DNA of 64,000 nucleotides, taken from positions 211,854,001 to 211,918,000 of the forward strand of contig OZ024741.1 in the NCBI GenBank assembly GCA_964016885.1, given 5' to 3'. Origin of the DNA: Eledone cirrhosa. Taxonomy: Eukaryota. How positions within the stretch are numbered: position 1 is the stretch's first letter; every line of letters starts with the position of its first letter. This document shows, in pieces, positions 41,547 through 55,300 of the stretch. A program made the position numbers and the translations under genes. The notes beneath the pieces are model-generated. The model was given only the letters and a program-made list of their open reading frames with translations, was not told where the DNA came from and searched no databases.

Positions 41547-44500
41547 ATTGTTGTTGATGTTGTTATTGTTGTTGATGTTTTTATTGTTGTTGATGTTGTC
41601 ATTGTTGTTGATGTTGTCATTGTTGTTGATGTTGTCATTGCTGTTGATGTTGTTATTGTTGTTGATGTTGTCATTGTTGTTGATGTTGTTATTGTTGGTG
41701 ATGTTGTTATTGTTGATGTTGTTATTGTTGTTGATGTTGTCATTGTTGTTGATGTTGTTCTTGTTGTTGATGTTGTCATTGTTGTTGATGTTGTCATTGT
41801 TGTTGATGTTGTTATTGTTGTTGATGTTGTCATTGTTGTTGATGTTGTTATTGTTGTTGATGTTGTTATTGTTGATGTTGTTATTGTTGTTGATGTTATC
41901 ATTGTTGTTGATGTTGATATCGTTGTTGATGTTGTCATTGTTGTTGATGTTGTCATTGCTGTTGATGTTGTTATTGTTGTTGATGTTGTCATTGTTGTTG
42001 ATGTTGTTATTGTTGTTGATGTTGTTATTGTTGTTGATGTTGTTATTGTTGTTGTCATTGTTGTTGATGTTGTCATTGTTGTTGGTGTTGTCATTGTTGC
42101 TGGTGTTGTCATTGTTGTTGATGTTGTTATTGTTGTTGATGTTGTCATTGTCGTTGATGTTGTTATTGTTGTTGATTTTGTTATTGTTGTTGATGTTGTT
42201 ATTGTTGTTGATGTTGTTATTTTTGTTGATGTTGTCATTGTTGTTGATGTTGTTATTGGTGTTCATGTTGTTATTGTTGTTGATGTTGTCATTGTTGTTG
42301 ATGTTGTTATTGTTGTTGATGTTTTTATTGTTGTTGATGTTGTTATCGTCGTTGATGTTGTTATTGTTGTTGATGTTGTCATTGTTGTTGATGTTTTCAT
42401 TGTTGTTGATGTTGTTATTGTTGTTGATGTTGTTATTGTTGTTGGTGTTGTCATTGTTGTTGATGTTGTTATTGTTGTTGATGTTGTTATTGTTGTTGAT
42501 GTTGTTATTGTTGTTGATGTTGTCATTGTTGTTGATGTTGTTATTGTTGTTGATGTTGTTATTGTTGTTGATGTTGTTATTGTTGTTGATGTTGTCATTG
42601 TTGTTGATGTTGTTATTGTTGTTGATGTTGTTATTGTTGTTGATGTTGTTATTGTTGTTGATGTTGTCATTGTCGTTGATGTTGTTATTGTTGTTGATGT
42701 TGTTATTGTTGTTGATGTTGTCATTGTTGTTGATGTTGTCATTGTTGTTGGTGTTGTCATTGTTGCTGGTGTTGTCATTGTTGTTGATGTTGTTATTGTT
42801 GTTGATGTTGTCATTGTTGTTGATGTTGTTATTGTTGTTGATTTTGTTATTGTTGTTGATGTTGTTATTGTTGTTGATGTTGTTATTGTTGTTGATGTTG
42901 TCATTGTTGTTGATGTTGTTATTGGTGTTGATGTTGTTATTGTTGTTGATGTTGTCATTGTTGTTAATGTTGTTATTGTTGTTGATGTTGTTATTGTTGT
43001 TGATGTTGTTATCGTCGTTGATGTTGTTATAGTTGTTGATGTTGTCATTGTTGTTGATGTTGTTATTGTTGTTGATGTTGTTATTGTTGTTGATGCTGTA
43101 TTTGTTGTTGATGTTGTTATTGTTGTTGATGTTGTTATTGTTGTTGAGGTTGTTATTGTTGTTGTCATTGTTGTTGATGTTGTCATTGTTGTTGGTGTTG
43201 TCATCGTTGTCGGTGTTGTCATTGTTGTTGATGTTGTTATTGTTGTTGATGTTGTCATTGTTGTTGATGTTGTCATTGTTGTTGATGTTGTCATTGTTGT
43301 TCATGTTGTCATTATTGTTGATGTTGTTATTGTTGTTGATGTTGTTATTGTTGTTGATGTTGTCATTGTTGTTAATGTTGTTATTGTTGTTGATGTTGTT
43401 ATTGTTGTTGGTGTTGTCATTGTTGTTGATGTTGTTATTGTTGTTGATGTTGTTATTGTTGTTGATGTTGTTATTGTTGCTGATGTCATTGTTGTTGATG
43501 TTGTTATTGTTGTTGATGTTGTCATTGTTGTTGATGTTGTTATTGTTGTTGGTGTTGTCATTGTTGTTGATGTTGTTATTGTTGTTGATGTTGTTATTGT
43601 TGTTGATGTTGTCATCGTTGTTGATGTTGTCATTGTTGTTGATGTTGTTATTGTTGTTGATGTTGTCATTGTTGTTGATGTTGTTATTGTTGTTGATGTT
43701 GTCATTGTTGTTGATGTTATTGTTGTTGATGTTGCTATTGTTGTTGATTTTTTTATCGTCGTTGATGCTGTTATAGTTGTTGATGTTGTCATTGTTGTTG
43801 ATGTTGTTATTGTCGTTGATGTTGTCATTGTTGTTGATGTTGTCATTGTTGTTCATGTTGTTATTGTTGTTGATGTTGTTATTGTTGTTGATGTTGTCAT
43901 TGTTGTTGATGTTGTCATTGTTGTTCATGTTGTCATTATTGTTGATGTTGTTATTGTTGTTGATGTTGTTATTGTTGTTGATGTTGTCATTGTTGTTGAT
44001 GTTTTCATTGTTGTTGATGTTGTTATTGTTGTTGATGTTGTTATTGTTGTTGGTGTTGTCATTGTTGTTGATGTTGTTATTGTTGTTGATGTTGTCATTG
44101 TTGTTGATGTTGTTATTGTTGTTGATGTTGTCATTGTTGTTGTTGATGTTGTTATTGTTGTTGATGTTGTCATTCTTGTTGATGTTGTCATTGTTGTTGG
44201 TGTTGTCATTGTTGTTGATGTTGTTTTTGTTTATGATATTGTTATTGTTGTTGATGTTGTCATTGTTGTTGATGTTGTTATTGTTATTGATGTTGTTATT
44301 GTTGTTGATGTTGTCATTGTTGTTGATGTTGTCATTGTTGTTGATGTTGTTATTGTTGTTGATGTTGTCATTGTTGTTGATGTTGTTATTGTTGTTGATG
44401 TTGTTATTGTTGTTGATGTTGTCATTGTTGTTGATGTTGTTATTGTTGTTGATGTTGTTATTGTGGTTGATGTTGTTATTGTTGATGTTGTTATTGTTGT

Positions 44501-46339
44501 TGATGTTGTCATTGTTGTTGATGTTGTTATCGTTGTTGATGTTGTTATTGTTGATGTTGTTATTGTTGTTGATGTTGTTATTGTTGTTGATGTTGTCATT
44601 GTTGTTGATGTTGTCATTGTTGTTGATGTTTTCATTGTTGTTGATGTTGTTATTGTTGTTGATGTTGTTATTGTTGTTGATGTTGTCATTGTTGTTGGTG
44701 TTTTCATTGTTGTCGATGTTGTTATTGTTGTTGATGTTGTTATTGTTGTTGGTGTTGTCATTGTTGTTGATGTTGTTATTGTTGTTGATGTTGTTATTGT
44801 TGTTGATGTTGTCATTGTTGTTGATGTTTTTATTTTTGTTGGTGTTCTCATTGTTGTTGATGTGGTTATTGTTGTTGATGTTGTCATTGTTGTTGATGTT
44901 GTTATTGTTGTTGATGTTGTTATTGTTGGTGATGTTGTTATTGTTGATGTTGTTATTGTTGTTGATGTTGTCATTGTTGTTGATGTTGTTCTTGTTGTTG
45001 ATGTTGTCATTGTTGTTGATGTTGTCATTGTTGTTGATGTTGTTATTGTTGTTGATGTTGTCATTGTTATTGATGTTGTTATTGTTGTTGATGTTGTTAT
45101 TGTTGATGTTGTTATTGTTGATGTTATCATTGTTGTTGATGTTGATATCGTTGTTGATGTTGTTATTGTTGATGTTGTTATTGTTGTTGATGTTGTTATT
45201 GTTGTTGATGTTGTTATTGTTGTTGATGTTGTCATTGTTGTTGATGTTGTCATTGTTGTTGATGTTGTCATTGTTGTTGATGTTGTTATTGTTGTTGATG
45301 TTGTCATTGTTGTTGATGTTGTCATTGTTGTTGATGTTTTCATTGTTGTTGATGTTGTTATTCTTGTTGATGTTGTTATTCTTGTTGATGTTGTTATTGT
45401 TGTTGTTGTTGTCATTGTTGTTGATGTTGTTATTGTTGTTGATGTTGATATTGTTGTTGATGTTGTTATTGTTGTTGTCATTGTTGTTGATGTTGTCATT
45501 GTTGTTGGTGTTGTCATTGTTGTTGGTGTTGTCATTGTTGTTGATGTTGTTATTGTTGTTGATGTTGTCATTGTTGTTGATGTTGTTATTGTTGTTGATG
45601 TTGATATTGTTGTTGGTGTTGTCATTGTTGTTGATGTTGTTATTGTTGTTGATGTTGTTATTGTTGTTGATGTTGTTATTGTTGTTGATGTTGTCATTGT
45701 TGTTGATGTTGTTATTGTTGTTGATGTTGTTATTGTTGTTGATGTTGTTATTGTTGATGTTGTTATTGCTGTTGATGTTGTCATTGTTGTTGATGTTGTT
45801 ATTGTCGTTGATGTTGTCATTGTTGTTGATGTTGTCATTGTTGTTGATGTTGTTATTGTTGTTGATGTTGTTATTGTTGTTGATGTTGTCATTGTTGTTG
45901 ATGTTGTCATTGTTGTTGGTGTTGTCATTGTTGTTGATGTTTTCATTGTTGTTGATGTTGTTATTGTTGTTGATGTTGTTATTGTTGTTGATGTTGTCAT
46001 TGTTGTTGGTGTTTTCATTGTTGTCGATGTTGTTATTGTTGTTGATGTTGTTTTTGTTGTTGGTGTTGTCATTGTTGTTGATGTTGTTATTGTTGTTGAT
46101 GTTGTTATTGTTGTTGATGTTGTCATTGTTGTTGATGTTTTTATTTTTGTTGGTGTTCTCATTGTTGTTGATGTTGTTATTGTTGTTGATGTTGTCATTG
46201 TTGTTGATGTTGTTATTGTTGTTGATGTTGTTATTGTTGGTGATGTTGTTATTGTTGATGGTGTTATTGTTGTTGATGTTGTCATTGTTGTTGATGTTGT
46301 TCTTGTTGTTGATGTTGTCATTGTTGTTGATGTTGTCAT

Positions 46340-49300
46340 TGTTGTTGATGTTGTTATTGTTGTTGATGTTGTCATTGCTATTGATGTTGTTATTGTTGTT
46401 GATGTTGTTATTGTTGATGTTGTTATTGTTGTTGATGTTATCATTGTTGTTGATGTTGATATCGTTGTTGATGTTGTTATTGTTGATGTTGTTATTGTTG
46501 TTGATGTTGTTATTGTTGTTGATGTTGTTATTGTTGTTGATGTTGTCATTGTTGTTGATGTTGTCATTGTTGTTGATGTTGTCATTGTTGTTGATGTTGT
46601 TATTGTTGTTGATGTTGTCATTGTTGTTGATGTTGTCATTGTTGTTGATGTTTTCATTGTTGTTGATGTTGTTTTTGTTGTTGATGTTGTTATTGTTGTT
46701 GATGTTGTTATTGTTGTTGATGTTGTCATTGTTGTTGATGTTGTTATTGTTGTTGATGTTGATATTGTTGTTGATGTTGTTATTGTTGTTGTCATTGTTG
46801 TTGATGTTGTCATTGTTGTTGGTGTTGTCATTGTTGTTGGTGTTGTCATTGTTGTTGATGTTGTTATTGTTGTTGATGTTGTCATTGTTGTTGATGTTGT
46901 TATTGTTGTTGATGTTGATATTGTTGTTGGTGTTGTCATTGTTGTTGATGTTGTTATTGTTGTTGATGTTGTTATTGTTGTTGATGTTGTTATTGTTGTT
47001 GATGTTGTCATTGTTGTTGATGTTGTTATTGTTGTTGATGTTGTTATTGTTGTTGATGTTGTTATTGTTGATGTTGTTATTGCTGTTGATGTTGTCATTG
47101 TTGTTGATGTTGTTATTGTCGTTGATGTTGTCATTGTTGTTGATGTTGTCATTGTTGTTGATGTTGTTATTGTTGTTGATGTTGTTATTGTTGTTGATGT
47201 TGTCATTGTTGTTGATGTTGTCATTGTTGTTGATGTTGTCATTATTGTTGATGTTGTTATTGTTGTTGATGTTGTTATTGTTGTTGATGTTGTCATTGTT
47301 GTTGATGTTTTCATTCTTGTTGATGTTGTTATTGTTGTTGATGTTGTTATTGTTGTTGGTGTTGTCATTGTTGTTGATGTTGTTATTGTTGTTGATGTTG
47401 TTATTGTTGTTGATGTTGTTATTGTTGTTGATGTTGTCATTGTTGTTGATGTTGTTATTGTTGTTGATGTTGTTATTGTTGTTGATGTTGTTATTGTTGT
47501 TGATGTTGTCATTGTTGTTGATGTTGTTATTGTTGTTGATGTTGTCATTGTTGTTGATGTTGTTGGTGTTGTCATTGTTGTTGATGTTGTTATTGTTGTT
47601 GATGTTGTTATTGTTGTTGATGTTGTCATTGTTGTTGATGTTGTCATTGTTGTTGATGTTGTTATTGTTGTTGATGTTGTCATTGTTGCTGATGTTGTTA
47701 TTGTTGTTGGTGTTGTCATTGTTGTTGATGATGTTATTGTTGTTGATGTTGTTATTGTTGTTGATGTTGTCATTGTTGTTGATGTTGTCATTGTTGTTGA
47801 TGTTGTTATTGTTGTTGATGTTGTTATTGTTGTTGATGTTGTTATTGTTGTTGATGTTGTCATTGTTGTTGATGTTGTTATTATTGTTGATGTTGTTATT
47901 GTTGTTGATGTCATTGTTGTTGATGTTGTTATTATTGTTGATGTTGTTATTGTTGTTGATGTTGTTATTGTTGTTGATGTTGTTATTGTTGTTGATGTTG
48001 TCATTGTTGTTGATGTTGTTATTGTTGTTGATGTTGTTATCGTTGTTGATGTTGTTATTGTTGTTGATGTTATTGTTGTTGATGTTGTTATTGTTGATGT
48101 TGTTATTGCTGTTGATGTTGTCATTGTTGTTGATGTTGTTATTGTCGTTGATGTTGTTATTGTTGTTGATGTTGTCATTGTTGTTGATGTTTTCATTGTT
48201 GTTGATGTTGTTATTGTTGTTGATGTTCTTATTGTTGTTGATGTTGTTATTGTTGTTGATGTTGTTATTGTTGTTGATGTTGTCATTGTTGTTGATGTTG
48301 TTATTGGTGTTGATGTTGTTATTGTTGTTGATGTTGTCATTGTTGTTGATGTTGTTATTGTTGTTGATGTTGTTATTGTTGTTGATTTTGTTATCGTCGT
48401 TGATGTTGTTATAGTTGTTGATGTTGTCATTGTTGTTGATGTTGTTATTGTTGTTGATGTTGTTATTGTTGTTGATGCTGTTATTGTTGTTGATGTTGTT
48501 ATTGTTGTTGATGTTGTTATTGCTGTTGATGTTGTCATTGTTGTTGATGTTGTTATAGTCGTTGATGTTGTCATTGTTGTTGATGTTGTCATTCTTGTTG
48601 ATGTTGTTATTGTTGTTGATGTTGTTATAGTCGTTGATGTTGTCATTGTTGTTGATGTTGTTATAGTCGTTGATGTTGTCATTGTTGTTGATGTTGTCAT
48701 TCTTGTTGATGTTGTCATTGTTGTTGATGTTGTCATTCTTGTTGATGTTGTTATTGTTGTTGATGTTGTTATTGTTGTTGATGTTGTTATTGTTGTTGAT
48801 GTTGTCATTGTTGTTGATGTTGTCATTGTTGTTCATGTTGTCATTATTGTTGATGTTGTTATTGTTGTTGATGTTGTTATTGTTGTTGATGTTGTCATTG
48901 TTGTTGATGTTTTCATTGTTGTTGATGTTGTTATTGTTGTTGATATTGTCATTGTCGTTGATGTTGTTATTGTTGTTGATGTTGTCATTGTTGTTGATGT
49001 TGTTATTGTTGTTGGTGTTGTCATTGTTGTTGATGTTGTTATTGTTGTTGATGTTGTCATCGTTGTTGATGTTGTCATTGTTGTTGATGTTGTCATTCTT
49101 GTTGATGTTGTCATTGTTGTTGATGTTGTCATTGTTGTTGATGTTGTTATTGTTGTTGATGTTGTCATTGTTGTTGATGTTGTTATTGTTGTTGATGTTG
49201 TTATTGTTGATGTTGTTATTGTTGTTGATGTTTTCATTGTTGTTGATGTTGATGTCGTTGTTGATGTTGTTATTGTTGATGTTGTTATTGTTGTTGATGT

Positions 49301-52300
49301 TGTTATTGTTGTTGATGTTTTTATTGTTGTTGATGTTGTCATTGTTGTTGATGTTGTCATTGTTGTTGATGTTGTCATTGCTGTTGATGTTGTTATTGTT
49401 GTTGATGTTGTCATTGTTGTTGATGTTGTTATTGTTGGTGATGTTGTTATTGTTGATGTTGTTATTGTTGTTGATGTTGTCATTGTTGTTGATGTTGTTC
49501 TTGTTGTTGATGTTGTCATTGTTGTTGATGTTGTCATTGTTGTTGATGTTGTTATTGTTGTTGATGTTGTCATTGTTGTTGATGTTGTTATTGTTGTTGA
49601 TGTTGTTATTGTTGATGTTGTTATTGTTGTTGATGTTATCATTGTTGTTGATGTTGATATCGTTGTTGATGTTGTCATTGTTGTTGATGTTGTCATTGCT
49701 GTTGATGTTGTTATTGTTGTTGATGTTGTCATTGTTGTTGATGTTGTTATTGTTGTTGATGTTGTTATTGTTGTTGATGTTGTTATTGTTGTTGTCATTG
49801 TTGTTGATGTTGTCATTGTTGTTGGTGTTGTCATTGTTGCTGGTGTTGTCATTGTTGTTGATGTTGTTATTGTTGTTGATGTTGTCATTGTCGTTGATGT
49901 TGTTATTGTTGTTGATTTTGTTATTGTTGTTGATGTTGTTATTGTTGTTGATGTTGTTATTGTTGTTGATGTTGTCATTGTTGTTGATGTTGTTATTGGT
50001 GTTCATGTTGTTATTGTTGTTGATGTTGTCATTGTTGTTGATGTTGTTATTGTTGTTGATGTTGTTATTGTTGTTGATGTTGTTATCGTCGTTGATGTTG
50101 TTATTGTTGTTGATGTTGTCATTGTTGTTGATGTTTTCATTGTTGTTGATGTTGTTATTGTTGTTGATGTTGTTATTGTTGTTGGTGTTGTCATTGTTGT
50201 TGATGTTGTTATTGTTGTTGATGTTGTTATTGTTGTTGATGTTGTTATTGTTGTTGATGTTGTCATTGTTGTTGATGTTGTTATTGTTGTTGATGTTGTT
50301 ATTGTTGTTGATGTTGTTATTGTTGTTGATGTTGTCATTGTTGTTGATGTTGTTATTGTTGTTGATGTTGTTATTGTTGTTGATGTTGTTATTGTTGTTG
50401 ATGTTGTCATTGTTGTTGATGTTGTTATTGTTGTTGATGTTGTCATTGTTGTTGATGTTGTTGGTGTTGTCATTGTTGTTGATGTTGTTATTGTTGTTGA
50501 TGTTGTTATTGTTGTTGATGTTGTCATTGTTGTTGATGTTGTCATTGTTGTTGATGTTGTTATTGTTGTTGATGTTGTCATTGTTGCTGATGTTGTTATT
50601 GTTGTTGGTGTTGTCATTGTTGTTGATGATGTTATTGTTGTTGATGTTGTTATTGTTGTTGATGTTGTCATTGTTGTTGATGTTGTCATTGTTGTTGATG
50701 TTGTTATTGTTGTTGATGTTGTTATTGTTGTTGATGTTGTTATTGTTGTTGATGTTGTCATTGTTGTTGATGTTGTTATTGTTGTTGATGATGTTATTGT
50801 TGTTGATGTTGTCATTGTTGTTGATGTTGTTATTGTTGTTGATGTTGTTATTGTTGTTGTCATTGTTGTTGATGTTGTCATTGTTGTTGGTGTTGTCATT
50901 GTTGTTGGTGTTGTCATTGTTGTTGATGTTTTCATTGTTGTTGATGTTGTTATTGTTGTTGATGTTGTTATTGTTGTTGATGTTGTCATTGTTGTTGATG
51001 TTGTTATTGTTGTTGATGTTGTTATTGTTGTTGATGTTGTTATTGTTATTGATGTTGTTATTGTTGTTGAGGTTGTCATTGTTGTTGATGTTGTTATTGT
51101 TGTTGATGTTGTTATTGTTGTTGATGTTGTTATTGTTGTTGTCATTGTTGTTGATGTTGTTATTGTTATTCATGTTGTTATTGTGGTTGATGTTGTTATT
51201 GTTGATGATGTTGTTATTGTTGTTGATGTTATTATTGTTGTTGATGTTGTCATTGTTGTTGATGTTGTCATTGTTGTTGATGTTTTCATTGTTGTTGATG
51301 TTGTTATTGTTGTTGATGTTGTTATTGTTGTTGATGTTGTCATTGTTGTTGATGTTGTTATTGTTGTTGATGTTGTTATTGTTGTTGATGTTGTTATTGT
51401 TATTGATGTTGTTATTGTTGTTGAGGTTGTCATTGTTGTTGATGTTGTTATTGTTGTTGATGTTGTTATTGTTGTTGATGTTGTTATTGTTGTTGTCATT
51501 GTTGTTGATGTTGTCATTGTTGTTGGTGTTGTCATTGTTGTTGGTGTTGTCATTGTTGTTGATGTTGTTATTGTTGTTGATGTTGTCATTGTTGTTGATG
51601 TTGTTATTGTTGTTGATGTTGTTATCGTTGTTGATGTTGTTATTGTTGTTGATGTTGTTATTGTTGTTGATGTTGTTATTGTTGATGTTGTTATTGCTGT
51701 TGATGTTGTCATTGTTGTTGATGTTGTTATTGTTGTTGATGTTGTTATTGTTGTTGATGTTGTCATTGTTGTTGATGTTGTTATTGTTGTTGATGTTGTC
51801 ATTGTTGTTGATGTTGTTGGTGTTGTCATTGTTGTTGATGTTGTTATTGTTGTTGATGTTGTTATTGTTGTTGATGTTGTCATTGTTGTTGATGTTGTCA
51901 TTGTTGTTGATGTTGTTATTGTTGTTGATGTTGTCATTGTTGCTGATGTTGTTATTGTTGTTGGTGTTGTCATTGTTGTTGATGATGTTATTGTTGTTGA
52001 TGTTGTTATTGTTGTTGATGTTGTCATTGTTGTTGATGTTGTCATTGTTGTTGATGTTGTTATTGTTGTTGATGTTGTTATTGTTGTTGATGTTGTTATT
52101 GTTGTTGATGTTGTCATTGTTGTTGATGTTGTTATTGTTGTTGATGATGTTATTGTTGTTGATGTTGTCATTGTTGTTGATGTTGTTATTATTGTTGATG
52201 TTGTTATTGTTGTTGATGTTGTTATTGTTGTTGATGTTGTTATTGTTATTCATGTTGTTATTGTGGTTGATGTTGTTATTGTTGATGATGTTGTTATTGT

Positions 52301-55300
52301 TGTTGATGTTATTATTGTTGTTGATGTTGTTATTGTTGTTGATGTTGTCATTGTTGTTGATGTTTTCATTGTTGTTGATGTTGTTATTGTTGTTGATGTT
52401 GTTATTGTTGTTGATGTTGTCATTGTTGTTGATGTTGTTATTGTTGTTGATGTTGTTATTGTTGTTGATGTTGTTATTGTTATTGATGTTGTTATTGTTG
52501 TTGAGGTTGTCATTGTTGTTGATGTTGTTATTGTTGTTGATGTTGTTATTGTTGTTGATGTTGTTATTGTTGTTGTTATTGTCGTTGATGTTGTCATTGT
52601 TGTTGATGTTGTCATTGTTGTTGATGTTGTTATTGTTGTTGATGTTCTTATTGTTGTTGATGTTCTTATTGTTGTTGATGTTGTCATTGTTGTTGATGTT
52701 GTTATTGGTGTTGATGTTGTTATTGTTGTTGATGTTGTCATTGTTGTTGATGTTGTTATTGTTGTTGATGTTGTTATTGTTGTTGATTTTGTTATCGTAG
52801 TTGATGTTGTTATAGTTGTTGATGTTGTCATTGTTGTTGATGTTGTTATCGTTGTTGATGTTGTTATTGTTGTTGATGCTGTTATTGTTGTTGATGTTGT
52901 TATTGTTGTTGATGTTGTTATTGTTGATGTTGTTATTGCTGTTGATGTTGTCATTGTTGTTGATGTTGTTATAGTCGTTGATGTTGTCATTGTTGTTGAT
53001 GTTGTCATTCTTGTTGATGTTGTTATTGTTGTTATTGTTGTTGATGTTGTTATTGTTGTTGATGTTGTCATTGTTGTTGATGTTGTCATTGTTGTTCATG
53101 TTGTCATTATTGTTGATGTTGTTATTGTTGTTGATGTTGTTATTGTTGTTGATGTTGTCATTGTTGTTGATGTTTTCATTGTTGTTGATGTTGTTATTGT
53201 TGTTGATGTTGTCATTGTCGTTGATGTTGTTATTGTTGTTGACGTTGTCATTGTTGTTGATGTTGTTATTGATGTTGGTGTTGTCATTGTTGTTGATGTT
53301 GTTATTGTTGTTGATGTTGTTATTGTTGTTGATGTTGTCATCGTTGTTGATGTTGTCATTGTCGTTGATGTTGTTATTGTTGTTGATGTTGTCATTGTTG
53401 TTGATGTTGTTATTGTTGGTGATGTTGTTATTGTTGATGTTGTTATTGTTGTTGATGTTGTCATTGTTGTTGATGTTGTTATTGTTGATGTTGTTATTGT
53501 TGTTGATGTTGTTATTGTTGTTGATGTTTTTATTGTTGTTGATGTTGTCATTGTTGTTGATGTTGTCATTGTTGTTGATGTTGTCATTGCTGTTGATGTT
53601 GTTATTGTTGTTGATGTTGTCATTGTTGTTGATGTTGTTATTGTTGGTGATGTTGTTATTGTTGATGTTGTCATTGTTGTTGATGTTGTTATTGTTGTTG
53701 ATGTTGTCATTGTCGTTGATATTGTTATTGTTGTTGATTTTGTTATTGTTGTTGATGTTGTTATTGTTGTTGATGTTGTTATTGTTGTTGATGTTGTCAT
53801 TGTTGTTGATGTTGTTATTGGTGTTCATGTTGTTATTGTTGTTGATGTTGTCATTGTTGTTGATGTTGTTATTGTTGTTGATGTTGTTATTGTTGTTGAT
53901 GTTGTTATCGTCGTTGATGTTGTTATTGTTGTTGATGTTGTCATTGTTGTTGATGTTTTCATTGTTGTTGATGTTGTTATTGTTGTTGATGTTGTTATTG
54001 TTGTTGGTGTTGTCATTGTTGTTGATGTTGTTATTGTTGTTGATGTTGTCATTGCTATTGATGTTGTTATTGTTGTTGATGTTGTTATTGTTGATGTTGT
54101 TATTGTTGTTGATGTTATCATTGTTGTTGATGTTGATATCGTTGTTGATGTTGTTATTGTTGATGTTGTTATTGTTGTTGATGTTGTTATTGTTGTTGAT
54201 GTTGTTATTGTTGTTGATGTTGTCATTGTTGTTGATGTTGTCATTGTTGTTGATGTTGTCATTGTTGTTGATGTTGTTATTGTTGTTGATGTTGTCATTG
54301 TTGTTGATGTTGTCATTGTTGTTGATGTTTTCATTGTTGTTGATGTTGTTTTTGTTGTTGATGTTGTTATTGTTGTTGATGTTGTTATTGTTGTTGATGT
54401 TGTCATTGTTGTTGATGTTGTTATTGTTGTTGATGTTGATATTGTTGTTGATGTTGTTATTGTTGTTGTCATTGTTGTTGATGTTGTCATTGTTGTTGGT
54501 GTTGTCATTGTTGTTGGTGTTGTCATTGTTGTTGATGTTGTTATTGTTGTTGATGTTGTCATTGTTGTTGATGTTGTTATTGTTGTTGATGTTGATATTG
54601 TTGTTGGTGTTGTCATTGTTGTTGATGTTGTTATTGTTGTTGATGTTGTTATTGTTGTTGATGTTGTTATTGTTGTTGATGTTGTCATTGTTGTTGATGT
54701 TGTTATTGTTGTTGATGTTGTTATTGTTGTTGATGTTGTTATTGTTGATGTTGTTATTGCTGTTGATGTTGTCATTGTTGTTGATGTTGTTATTGTCGTT
54801 GATGTTGTCATTGTTGTTGATGTTGTCATTGTTGTTGATGTTGTTATTGTTGTTGATGTTGTTATTGTTGTTGATGTTGTCATTGTTGTTGATGTTGTCA
54901 TTGTTGTTGATGTTGTCATTATTGTTGATGTTGTTATTGTTGTTGATGTTGTTATTGTTGTTGATGTTGTCATTGTTGTTGATGTTTTCATTCTTGTTGA
55001 TGTTGTTATTGTTGTTGATGTTGTTATTGTTGTTGGTGTTGTCATTGTTGTTGATGTTGTTATTGTTGTTGATGTTGTTATTGTTGTTGATGTTGTTATT
55101 GTTGTTGATGTTGTCATTGTTGTTGATGTTGTTATTGTTGTTGATGTTGTTATTGTTGTTGATGTTGTTATTGTTGTTGATGTTGTCATTGTTGTTGATG
55201 TTGTTATTGTTGTTGATGTTGTCATTGTTGTTGATGTTGTTGGTGTTGTCATTGTTGTTGATGTTGTTATTGTTGTTGATGTTGTTATTGTTGTTGATGT